Origin: Candidatus Undinarchaeales archaeon
Lineage (GTDB): Archaea; SpSt-1190; JASMDC01
DNA: 64,000 nucleotides
Direction of reading: 5' to 3'
NCBI GenBank assembly: GCA_030753015.1
Contig: JASMDC010000006.1
Location: 64,001-128,000, forward strand
The translations under genes were made by a program, and so were the position numbers. The notes below the pieces were generated by a model. The model was not told the DNA's origin. It did no database searches and saw only the letters and a list, made by a program, of their open reading frames with translations. Below, piece after piece: positions 40,432 to 49,379 of this stretch (positions are counted from its first letter, which is position 1; every line of letters begins with the position of its first letter).

Positions 40432-42725
40432 GGATCACCATCGACGGAGCGGAGGTGCCCTTTACGGAGGGCCAGACCATCCTCGAGGCAGCCCGCGATG
40501 GCGGCATCTACATCCCTACTTTGTGCGCCCACGAGGGGCTCCCGCCCCTCGGTGCGTGCCGCCTCTGCGTGGTGAAGGTGGAGGGCATGCGGGGGTTCCC
40601 GCCCGCGTGCAGTATCCCTGCCGCAGACGGGATGGTAGTTCATAGTGAAGCTGAGGAGGTCATGCGGCTCCGCCGGAACGTCCTGGCGCTCATCCTGATC
40701 GAGCACCCCCACGCCTGCCTCGTGTGCGGCGAACGCGAGGAGTGCGAGAAGCTTCGGGGCGATCCGGAGAAGGCGGGGAGAGTCACTGGTTGCTCAACCT
40801 GCCCCAAGCGGCCAACCTGTGAGATACTCGAGGTCGCCGATTACCTGGGGATGGCCGACACCGGCATCCCCATGGTGTACAAGGGACTACCGGTGGAGCG
40901 TGACGACCCGTTCCTCGACAGGGACTACAACCTGTGCATCCTGTGCGGCCGGTGCGTTCGCATGTGCCAGGATGTGCAGGGCGTGGGCGCCATCGCCTTC
41001 ACCCACCGCGGGAATTCAACGAAGGTCGGAACCTTGTTCGGGCGTCCCCACCTCCTCGGGCCCTGCCGCTTCTGCGGCGCCTGCATCGACGTATGTCCCA
41101 CCGGCGCCCTGTCGGCACGGGGGAGCAAATGGCACGGCGAACCCGACGCGACCACCGCGTCGACCTGCGCCTTCTGCTCCCTTGGATGCCCAGTGGTGCT
41201 CGAGGTGAAGTGGGACAGGGTTATGGCGGCCGTACCTGGCAAGCAACGGGGCAGCGGACACGCGTGCGCATGCGTCTACGGCAGGTTCTGCATCCCCGCT
41301 GTGGTCAACGCCTCCAACCGGCTGCGCTACCCACGGATCAGAAAGGACGGCACACTCGCACCAGTATCCTGGGACGAGGCGTTCCACTACGTCGCGGATG
41401 CTTTTGAGGGCGTCTCACCAGCGGAGACGGGCTTCCTGATATCCCCTCATGTCACGAGCGAATCCGCCTGGCTGATCCGGAGGCTCGCCCGGGATGTGGT
41501 GGGCACCAGCAACATCGATGTACTGTCTTCCTTCGGACGGGCCGTGATGCGCTTTGCTGCCGACGTTGGCGATGGAGCATCGGCCTGGGCTGGCCTGGAC
41601 GACGTGGAACGCGCCGACTGGCTGCTCCTTGTGAAGGATGACGTTGTCTACAGTCATCCGGCCCTTGCAGCAGCGGTCAACTGCGCCCGCGAGCGTGGTG
41701 CCACGGTCATACTCGTGGACGACGGTGAGAACGACCTGGCGACGTCGGCGGACCTTAAGGTGCTCATCGAGCCTGGCTCGTTGAGGGCCGTGCTCGCAGC
41801 CGTTGCGAAGGGGCTCCTCGTGGAGCATGGGGACGCTGTGATCGAGGGCATCGAGGCCCTCAGCACATCCCTGGAAGGATCTACCCACGAGGGGGCCGCG
41901 AAGCTTGCCGGCATATCCGTGGAATGCCTGGGTGACATTACCAAGACCCTGCACTCATCTCGAACGGGCGTCATCGTCGTCGGTCCGCGCATCCTGGACG
42001 ACCCGGAGCCGGACCAGGTGCTCGCCGCTATCCGCGACCTGCTGGTGCTTCGCGGTGTTGAGCGGGGCTTCATGCCGCTGGTGGAAGAGGGCAACCTCAG
42101 GGGAGCGTACGAGGCTGGCGGCTTCCTGGACACGAGTGAGGGAGACAAGGACGTGATGGACGCACTGCGCCGCGGCGATGTGAAGGTCCTCGTCGCCGGC
42201 GAGGGCTCGATCCCTCCCGACGACATCCCCGAGGGGACGTTCCTTGTGATATCGGAGCCACATCCCTCTGTGCTGGACGACCGGGCCGATGTTATCTTCC
42301 CCTCGGCCGTCTTCACCGAGGAGGACGGGCACTTCACCTCGCTCGACGGCCGAGAACGGAAGCTTGCAAAGGCTGCAGATCCACCTGGCATGGCCATGCC
42401 CGATTGGATGATCACCGCGGGGCTGGCGCGGGTCATGGGAGCCTGCGGATTCGAGCATGGCTCCAGTGAGGAGGTCCACCGGGAGATGGCGAAGGCCATC
42501 TCCCTGTTCCCGGGGAAGGAACGACCTTCCTTCCCATCCCGTAGGGAGCTGCTCCCCATCGCGGATACGTGCTCGCTCCATCTGGGCGAGCACGCGAGGG
42601 CGACGATGCGCTACCGGGGCACGGCCCTGCACGAGCTCGTGGGGGACCTGCGCATCTACCTCGAGGCCAGGGGGCGTATCCCAATGAAGGACTCAGAGGG
42701 ATCCGAGAAGGAGGGAACACGATGA
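40428..42725 (+). CDS. NuoG/FdhA (BfuA)-like FeS subunit with a degenerate molybdopterin domain
   Basis: IPTLC..GACRLC..PAC, HPHACLVC, CILCGRCVRMC, CRFCGACIDVCP, TCAFCSLGC; GTSNIDVLSSF where FDHs have GTNNID.CAR.C/U; no C-terminal pterin-binding barrel and no H-cluster motifs. Confidence 0.85.
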   Translation: MRITIDGAEVPFTEGQTILEAARDGGIYIPTLCAHEGLPPLGACRLCVVKVEGMRGFPPACSIPAADGMVVHSEAEEVMRLRRNVLALILIEHPHACLVCGEREECEKLRGDPEKAGRVTGCSTCPKRPTCEILEVADYLGMADTGIPMVYKGLPVERDDPFLDRDYNLCILCGRCVRMCQDVQGVGAIAFTHRGNSTKVGTLFGRPHLLGPCRFCGACIDVCPTGALSARGSKWHGEPDATTASTCAFCSLGCPVVLEVKWDRVMAAVPGKQRGSGHACACVYGRFCIPAVVNASNRLRYPRIRKDGTLAPVSWDEAFHYVADAFEGVSPAETGFLISPHVTSESAWLIRRLARDVVGTSNIDVLSSFGRAVMRFAADVGDGASAWAGLDDVERADWLLLVKDDVVYSHPALAAAVNCARERGATVILVDDGENDLATSADLKVLIEPGSLRAVLAAVAKGLLVEHGDAVIEGIEALSTSLEGSTHEGAAKLAGISVECLGDITKTLHSSRTGVIVVGPRILDDPEPDQVLAAIRDLLVLRGVERGFMPLVEEGNLRGAYEAGGFLDTSEGDKDVMDALRRGDVKVLVAGEGSIPPDDIPEGTFLVISEPHPSVLDDRADVIFPSAVFTEEDGHFTSLDGRERKLAKAADPPGMAMPDWMITAGLARVMGACGFEHGSSEEVHREMAKAISLFPGKERPSFPSRRELLPIADTCSLHLGEHARATMRYRGTALHELVGDLRIYLEARGRIPMKDSEGSEKEGTR

Positions 42726-43582
42726 GCTACCGTATAGTCCACAAGGAGGAAGTGGTTCCCAATGTCCACAAGCTGGTGATTGAGGACCCGCGCATCGCCC
42801 GGACCGCACAGCCCGGACAGTTCGTGTTGCTCATGCCCACCGAGGAGGGTGAACGCACACCCATCACCCTCTCCGACTGGGACGTGGAAAGGGGCACTAT
42901 AACGCTCTACGTGCTGGAATTTGGCATCACATCCATGAAGCTTGCGAATATGACGGAGGGCGACACCGTGTTCAGCCTCGCCGGCCCACTCGGCCTACCA
43001 ACACGGGTGGAGCAATTCGGCACGGTGCTCCTGGGGGGCGGGTGCTACGGCATCGGCGGCATACTCCCTGTCGCCAGGGCCATGAAGGAGGCCGGGAACC
43101 ACGTAGTGGTGATAATAGAGGCCCGTAGCAACTTCCTGCTCTATAACAAGGAGGAGCTAGGCTCCGTTGCGGACGAGCTCCATGTCACGACAACGGACGG
43201 TTCCGAGGGGACGAAGGGTCACAACTGGGACCTGATAGGAGAGCTCCTCGACGAGGGCCGGACCTTCGACCGGGCCTACTTCGTGGGCTGCACCCGCATG
43301 CTGATGAGATGCGCTGAGGCAACCCGGCCAGCCGGGATCCCCACCGGTGTAGCGCTCAATGCCATCATGGTGGACGGTACCGGGATGTGCGGCTGCTGTC
43401 GGGTCACCGTGGGCGGGAAGACGAGGTTCGTGTGTGTGGACGGTCCTGAAATGGATGGACACGAGGTGGATTGGGAGGAGCTGTTCAACCGCAAGTGCTC
43501 CTACCGGGGAGACGAGGCGCGCGCCTACCAGACCCACACGTGTCGAGTGACCGGTGCTCGTGTGAAGGGGAGTGATTCTTGA
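42722..43582 (+). CDS. nfnA: NfnA/SudB-like subunit (FAD, NAD, [2Fe-2S])
   Basis: PGQFV, GERTPIT, GPLG.P, TTDGS.G, MVDGTGMCGCCRV...CVDGPE. Confidence 0.92.
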   Translation: MSYRIVHKEEVVPNVHKLVIEDPRIARTAQPGQFVLLMPTEEGERTPITLSDWDVERGTITLYVLEFGITSMKLANMTEGDTVFSLAGPLGLPTRVEQFGTVLLGGGCYGIGGILPVARAMKEAGNHVVVIIEARSNFLLYNKEELGSVADELHVTTTDGSEGTKGHNWDLIGELLDEGRTFDRAYFVGCTRMLMRCAEATRPAGIPTGVALNAIMVDGTGMCGCCRVTVGGKTRFVCVDGPEMDGHEVDWEELFNRKCSYRGDEARAYQTHTCRVTGARVKGSDS

Positions 43583-45012
43583 TGGTGAAGCCGGGAGAGA
43601 GGGACCGTGTGAAGATGCCGGAGCAACTGCCCGAGGTGCGTGCCCGTAACTTCGAGGAGGTGCCCTTGGGCCTCACCGCAGAGCTGGCCGTCGCGGAGGC
43701 GGAGCGTTGCCTCAACTGCAAGAAACCGTTCTGCGTGGATGGATGCCCGGTGAGCGTCAAGATCCCCGAGTTCATCTCCCTGATAAGTGAGGGCAGGTTC
43801 GCCGAGGCCGCACGGAAGGTGAAGGAGACCAACGCGCTCCCCGCTGTGTGCGGACGGGTGTGCCCCCAGGAGGTCCAGTGCGAAGCAAGGTGCGTGCTCG
43901 GCAAGAAGTACGAGCCCGTGGCCATCGGCTACTTGGAGCGCTTTGTCGCCGACCACGAGCGCGAGAATGATCTGATCGAACTGGCGGAGCGCGCCCCCTC
44001 CACTGGGAAGAAGGTAGCGGTCATCGGCGCAGGCCCCTCCGGGCTCACTGTGGCAGGGGATCTCATCAAGCTCGGGCACGACGTGGTGATATTCGAGGCG
44101 CTCCACAAGCCCGGCGGCGTCCTCACCTACGGCATCCCCGAGTTCCGCCTCCCCATGCGCGTCATCGAGGCCGAGGTCGCCAACCTGCTGGAGCAGGGCG
44201 TGAGTCTGGAGATGGACTCGGTCATCGGCAAGGTGCGGACCGTGCGCGAGCTGATGGAGGAGGATGGATTCGACACCGTGTTCATTGGTGTGGGCGCAGG
44301 CCTGCCGCGCTTCATGGGCGTGCCCGGTGAGAACCTCAACGGTATCTACTCGTCCAATGAGTACCTCACGCGCTCGAACCTCATGAACGCCTTCCGCTTC
44401 CCCGAGTACGACACACCCGTGGAGCGGGCGAGGAAGGCAGTGGTCATCGGCGGCGGCAATGTTGCCATGGACTCGGTGCGCACGGCACTACGCCTGGGAG
44501 CAAAGGATGCCATCATCGCCTATCGCCGCGCCCGGGAGCAGCTGCCGGCCCGGACGGAGGAGATCCACCACGCCGAGCAGGAGGGCGTGCGGTTCCACTT
44601 CCTGACGGCCCCCATCCGCTTCATCGGCGATGACCGCGGATTCGTGAAGGCAATGGAGTGCATCTGCATGGAGCTGGGCGAGCCCGACGCCAGCGGCAGG
44701 AGACGGCCGGTTCCTATAGAGGGCTCCAACTTCATCATGGAGGCGGACCTTGTGGTAATCGCCGTCGGTACGAACTCCAATCCTCTGCTCACCTCCACCA
44801 TGCCGGAGCTGGAGCTGAACAAATGGGGCAACATAGTCACCAACGAGGACGGCGCCACCAACATCGAAGGTGTGTACGCCGGTGGCGACATCGTCACGGG
44901 CAGCGCCACGGTGATCGAGGCCATGGGTGCGGGGCGCCGCGCCGCGAGGGCGATGCACGAGTACATGACTGAAGGACGGTGGAAGGTGGAGAGGAAAGAG
45001 AGCGAGAAATGA
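43582..45012 (+). CDS. nfnB: NfnB/SudA (GltD-like) NADP-dependent subunit
   Basis: R..NFEEV, EAERCLNC..PFCVDGCPV, CGRVCPQE.QCE, GAGPSG, YGIPEFRLP, GGGNVAMD, YRR. Confidence 0.94.
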   Translation: MVKPGERDRVKMPEQLPEVRARNFEEVPLGLTAELAVAEAERCLNCKKPFCVDGCPVSVKIPEFISLISEGRFAEAARKVKETNALPAVCGRVCPQEVQCEARCVLGKKYEPVAIGYLERFVADHERENDLIELAERAPSTGKKVAVIGAGPSGLTVAGDLIKLGHDVVIFEALHKPGGVLTYGIPEFRLPMRVIEAEVANLLEQGVSLEMDSVIGKVRTVRELMEEDGFDTVFIGVGAGLPRFMGVPGENLNGIYSSNEYLTRSNLMNAFRFPEYDTPVERARKAVVIGGGNVAMDSVRTALRLGAKDAIIAYRRAREQLPARTEEIHHAEQEGVRFHFLTAPIRFIGDDRGFVKAMECICMELGEPDASGRRRPVPIEGSNFIMEADLVVIAVGTNSNPLLTSTMPELELNKWGNIVTNEDGATNIEGVYAGGDIVTGSATVIEAMGAGRRAARAMHEYMTEGRWKVERKESEK

Positions 45013-45054
45013 GGGTATGCTCCCCCCTCACCGACACCCTCGGAAATTGACGGT

Positions 45055-45068
45055 CGAAAACATATAAA
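45055..45068 (+). promoter_or_regulatory. BRE/TATA-like promoter of the PEP/pyruvate-binding protein gene
   Basis: CGAAAA-CATATAAA, about 27 nt before the ATG at 45095, which suggests a nearly leaderless transcript. Confidence 0.55.
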
Positions 45069-45094
45069 GGCAGTATCTCTAAGAGAGTCCACGG

Positions 45095-47398
45095 ATGGCC
45101 GCCCGGAAGAACTATCTGCTCAAACGCATCCTCAATGACCGGAAGTTCATCGAGTACGCCCTCCAGTGGGAAGGCCTGGGTCTCTCGTATGTGCGCTACA
45201 AGCAGATGGGGCCGGCAGTGCACCCCGATGAGAAGAAGATCCTGCTCGAGAACATCGCACGGCTTGTGATCACCAGTGACGAGGCTCACGTGTCCTACAT
45301 CGCGAACCTCTTCGATTATGATGACCTCATCAAGATCGAGGAACGCATCTTCGGAAAGGGCAAGATCGGCGGGAAGAGTACGGGGATGCTGCTCGCTTTC
45401 AACGCCCTGCACAGGCACAGGGAGCATCTGGGATTCGAGGTCAGGATCCCAGACTCATGGTACTTGGGCAGCAACATGGACACCGAGTTCCTGACCTTGA
45501 ACGGCTTGCAACGGTTCGAGAATGCCAAGTGGCAGGAAAGCATCCAGTTGGATAACTACAATGAGTTCATGGAGCTGTTACCCGAGACCCGTCTCCCTCA
45601 GAAGATCCTCAAGAAACTACGCTCCCTGCTCCGAGAGACCCACGGTACACCCCTGATCCTCCGCTCCTCGTCGCTCCTCGAGGACAGCCATGGAACCCCC
45701 TTTCCTGGGATGTATGAAAGCTACTTCATCCCGAACTGTTATTCTTTGACAGAGAACCTGAGGATGACGGTCGACGCTGTCAAGAACATCTACTCATCGA
45801 TCTTCAAACCTGACTGCTTCAACTACCGGAAGAAGAAAGGCCTATTGCAGGAATATGAGGCCATGGCCATACTGATACAGAAGGTCGTGGGGGGAAGGTA
45901 CACGAGCCCCGAGGGCAAGGAGTATTTCTCCCCGCTCTTCTCCGGGGTTGGATTCTCGCAGAACTGCTATCCCTGGTCGAAGGAGGTACGTCAAGGCGAT
46001 GGTGTCGTGCGGCTTGCCCTGGGTCTCGGCACTGCTGTGGTCTCCCTTCCAGAGGAAGCGGAGGAGGCCGGTGTGTTCGTATGCGATCTCTCAACGTTCA
46101 GGACCCCCGCCCCCGAGGAACAGCTCAAGTCCTCCCAGAGGCTCGTCCATGCGGTGGACCTCCAAGAGACGGATATCAAAAAGACCATCAAACACCTCCC
46201 CATAAAGGACGTCGTGGCGTACAATGGTCTGTCGAGCCTTGGAGAGGGCCAGAACGGGGTCGAGGCGATCATCAGTATTCAGGAGGACTCGGGCAGTCTC
46301 GCACGGGCCTCAGGATACAACCTTCAAAAGGGATTCCCGTTCATCACCTTCCACTCCATCGAGAAGAAGTGGGGGCCGAGACTGAGAGAGGTCGTGAAGA
46401 TAATCGAGTTCGCCTATGCAAAGAACGAGATGCACACGTTCCTCGACGAGTCGAAATGGACGCTCGTCGGGACGATCATCGGCGACTGCCCAGGGGACAT
46501 CCGGGAGAGGCTCAAGGCGGATGACCTGTCCGATCCATTCGGGAGCATGATCGAAGCCGCTCAATTATCCTCCGAGATGAAGGAGAACCTGCACTACGTG
46601 GTCGAGGCCAAGAGGCTATTGGAGAACCTTTCCGATTATCCATCATTCAAATCAGCCCTAGGATCGCTGTCCAATAAGGATCTGAAGGAGAGGCTCGGCC
46701 AGATAATAAGAAGGCACGCCATCGACATCGAATTCTCGGTCGTGGGCGACATACTCTACATATTACAATGCCGCCCCCTGAGCTTATACGAAGAGACAGG
46801 ACTGGACGAGAGCATGCACGCCATCCCACCCGAGAGGAGGTTCATCGACGTGAAGGCGGTGTGTCCCACGGCACAACTGGACATCACACGTGTGATCTAT
46901 GTGGATGATGAGAAGTACATCCACATGTCACAACAACAAAAATACGCGGTCCGGGACAAGCTGAGCGAACTGAACAACTCGATGGGCGAGTCCATTGACC
47001 AGAAGGGAACCTCACACGAGGGGGATTTCATGTTCCTCCTTCCTGGGAGGGTGGGATCCTCCCATCCGGAGCTTGGTATCCCCGTGAAGTACAAAGATAT
47101 TAACAACGCCCGGATACTGGTGGAGTATCCGCTCGGGCTGCAAAAGCCGGAGTTCTCCTACGGCTCGCATTTCTATCTGAGGTTGGTAGGTGACGGGATC
47201 TACACCTTTGGAATCCAGGAAGGTGACCTGTTCCGAAGGGAGCTGATCGAGATGAATGCCGTGCAGAGGTTCTTTGACGGGGCCATTATCGTCTCGAGAC
47301 TCCCCCTCGGTGTGTACATGTCCGGAGTGGAGAGAAGGGTCGTATGTGAGATGATGGAGGGCGGAGAGTACGGACCCGAAGTGCTGCTCGAGATGTGA
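45095..47398 (+). CDS. PEP/pyruvate-binding (PPDK_N, ATP-grasp) domain protein
   Basis: IGGKSTG, LRSSSLLEDS, FPGMYES, MAILIQKVVG, GLGT, DIEFS, ILQCRP; C-terminal PGRVGS..LGIPV and GSHF. Confidence 0.85.
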   Translation: MAARKNYLLKRILNDRKFIEYALQWEGLGLSYVRYKQMGPAVHPDEKKILLENIARLVITSDEAHVSYIANLFDYDDLIKIEERIFGKGKIGGKSTGMLLAFNALHRHREHLGFEVRIPDSWYLGSNMDTEFLTLNGLQRFENAKWQESIQLDNYNEFMELLPETRLPQKILKKLRSLLRETHGTPLILRSSSLLEDSHGTPFPGMYESYFIPNCYSLTENLRMTVDAVKNIYSSIFKPDCFNYRKKKGLLQEYEAMAILIQKVVGGRYTSPEGKEYFSPLFSGVGFSQNCYPWSKEVRQGDGVVRLALGLGTAVVSLPEEAEEAGVFVCDLSTFRTPAPEEQLKSSQRLVHAVDLQETDIKKTIKHLPIKDVVAYNGLSSLGEGQNGVEAIISIQEDSGSLARASGYNLQKGFPFITFHSIEKKWGPRLREVVKIIEFAYAKNEMHTFLDESKWTLVGTIIGDCPGDIRERLKADDLSDPFGSMIEAAQLSSEMKENLHYVVEAKRLLENLSDYPSFKSALGSLSNKDLKERLGQIIRRHAIDIEFSVVGDILYILQCRPLSLYEETGLDESMHAIPPERRFIDVKAVCPTAQLDITRVIYVDDEKYIHMSQQQKYAVRDKLSELNNSMGESIDQKGTSHEGDFMFLLPGRVGSSHPELGIPVKYKDINNARILVEYPLGLQKPEFSYGSHFYLRLVGDGIYTFGIQEGDLFRRELIEMNAVQRFFDGAIIVSRLPLGVYMSGVERRVVCEMMEGGEYGPEVLLEM

Positions 47399-47776
47399 TG
47401 CTGGAACACCTTCCGCAAGACAGTATCATCTCGGGCCCGCCCGTACTGGGCTCAAATAATGAGAGTATCGTATGCCTTCCCGCTCATGAAGGGGGGAGGG
47501 AGGGGCTCGATGGCCAGGCATGGTCCACAGCGGTAACATCATCGTGAAAGCGATCCTCGCGTCTGGACGTGCCTCTAGGGCGATCCGCGGGCGGCTGTCG
47601 TCGGCCACCTAGCTCAGACGGACCTGGCAGCGAGCGTGGGCGCCCCGGCACGCGCCCGCCCCGCCAAGTGATAAATGTCTTGCGCTCGGAACGGATGGCG
47701 CAGGGGCCGTCCGGTCCCTTGAAGGAAGGATGCCCATGATGCGACCCGGACCAGTCCTTTGGGAGGGAGCACATCG

Positions 47777-49336
47777 ATGAGCACTATTGCTTCGTTCCCT
47801 CTTGCGACCGGTGCGCCAGTGGTCTGTTTCGTGGTCGGATCCCTCCTCCTGCTCGCCCTTGTGCGGTGCCGACGCTATATCGCCGACGACCTCCGCTCGA
47901 GCTCCCGACGCATCAGGATCGCAGTGCTCTGCGCTCTTGGCCTGTTCGTGTACCTCGTCACCTTCCAGGTAGGCCAATTCCATCGTGAGATCATCGACGA
48001 GTACTGGTTCGTGGAGTGGGCCCGGAACCTCACCCTCGGTGAGGGATTCGTGGACTGTTGGTATGTAGGGCTGGACGAGATGGTCTGTCGTCCCCTGACG
48101 GACATGCCCGCCTGGCCGACGGCGATCGCAACCGTTTCCGCCCTGACAGGTGTAGGGAGCTGGACGGCCATCCGACTTTCTATCTTCTGTGGGCTGGCTG
48201 CTGTCGTCCTCACGTTTCTTGTAGGACGGGCGCTCTTCGGAGACCTGGCTGGGCTCGTCGCCGCCGCCTTTCTGGCCGTGAATCCTGTCCACCTGATATG
48301 GAGCGCCACCGCTGCCAGCAACGCCTTCGCTCTGGCCCTCGTACTCCTTGCCGTGTACCTCGCCCTCCTATACATGCGCTCGCACGAACCATGGCTCTTG
48401 GCCGCATGCACGTTGGCCCTCTGCATCAGTCTCCTCTCCCGGGTTGAATATGCTCTATTCATCGTTCCCTTGGTAATGCTTCTCCGCGCGGAAGGCGCAT
48501 GGCCTCCACGACGCCACTGGCGGTATGCCATCCTCCCCCTTGCCCTCGTGGCCCTCGTCTACCTACCCATGGTGAGAATGATGGCCGGTCATCCTAAGAA
48601 CGTGGTGTACACGGGCGATCTGCTGTGGAACCAATCGATCCAGTACCTGTTCAAGGTGGCAATCGGATTCTACATACCCCTCCCGGCCGTGATCCTCGTC
48701 CTGTCGGCCCTCCTCTTGGTTGGCAAGGCCGAACGGCGTTCGGTGCTAGCCCTTGGTGCATGGTTCCTCGTATTCTTCCTATTCTACAACACCTGGCTCT
48801 CCGAAGGTCAGGATCGTCTCTTCCTCCTCACGCTTGTCCCCCTCTTCCTCCTGGCGGGCCTTGGTGTGCAGTCACTGAGGGGCCGTATTGGGATTCACGA
48901 GTTGGTGACGCTGGCGGTCTGTCTCCTTTTCGCTATCGGTCCCCTAGACACTCTTTCCCGAGGCGAGGAGGGCCCAGGCTCATTGTCATGGAACGCTCTC
49001 GCCACGCGACTTGTTAATGATTGGCCCTTCGATGGTGACTGCTATATTGTCACCGCGGATCCCTCGCTCTATATGGCCACAGGCGTAGCCAGGGCGGTCC
49101 CAGCCCGGGCCGTACTGGACGATCCTACCTTGGTGCGTAGACTGGTCGACTCGGGAGTATGTGTGCGCCTAGCGCGTAACGTCGGGAGTTCGGACGAAAC
49201 CGAAATGGCGCTGTTGACATCCACGCTTCAAGGGCAGGGGTATTCACTCATCGAGATGGAAGCGATCGGTGTACCCGGAGCGAACATGACCCTCTACGCG
49301 CCTCTTGCGGGACGCGTACGCTCTCTATCCGTGTGA
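47777..49336 (+). CDS. Multi-pass GT-C (ArnT/PMT-like) glycosyltransferase
   Basis: About 12 hydrophobic segments; loop IDEYWF..WARN; R..S..G, GL.AA.FLA.NP motifs. Confidence 0.7.
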   Translation: MSTIASFPLATGAPVVCFVVGSLLLLALVRCRRYIADDLRSSSRRIRIAVLCALGLFVYLVTFQVGQFHREIIDEYWFVEWARNLTLGEGFVDCWYVGLDEMVCRPLTDMPAWPTAIATVSALTGVGSWTAIRLSIFCGLAAVVLTFLVGRALFGDLAGLVAAAFLAVNPVHLIWSATAASNAFALALVLLAVYLALLYMRSHEPWLLAACTLALCISLLSRVEYALFIVPLVMLLRAEGAWPPRRHWRYAILPLALVALVYLPMVRMMAGHPKNVVYTGDLLWNQSIQYLFKVAIGFYIPLPAVILVLSALLLVGKAERRSVLALGAWFLVFFLFYNTWLSEGQDRLFLLTLVPLFLLAGLGVQSLRGRIGIHELVTLAVCLLFAIGPLDTLSRGEEGPGSLSWNALATRLVNDWPFDGDCYIVTADPSLYMATGVARAVPARAVLDDPTLVRRLVDSGVCVRLARNVGSSDETEMALLTSTLQGQGYSLIEMEAIGVPGANMTLYAPLAGRVRSLSV

Positions 49337-49379
49337 CGGGGGCGTCCTACTTGGGCCCGATCCCGACCTTAACTTCCGT

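Noticed and set aside
40428-42725. Formate dehydrogenase alpha or [FeFe]-hydrogenase catalytic subunit
   Set aside because: It lacks the Cys/Sec-His metal-ligand motif, the C-terminal pterin-binding domain and the H-cluster motifs.
38028-42725. Respiratory complex I
   Set aside because: Only soluble E/F/G-like modules are present, with no membrane or NuoBCDI subunits nearby.
43582-45012. Glutamate synthase small subunit
   Set aside because: It is paired with an NfnA/SudB gene and there is no GltB large subunit, so NfnB fits better.
47400-47760. Structured ncRNA (SRP or RNase P) in a GC-rich intergenic gap
   Set aside because: Only a small GNRA-type hairpin is visible; I could not find the SRP helix-8 or RNase P conserved motifs on either strand. 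An Infernal/Rfam scan would settle it.
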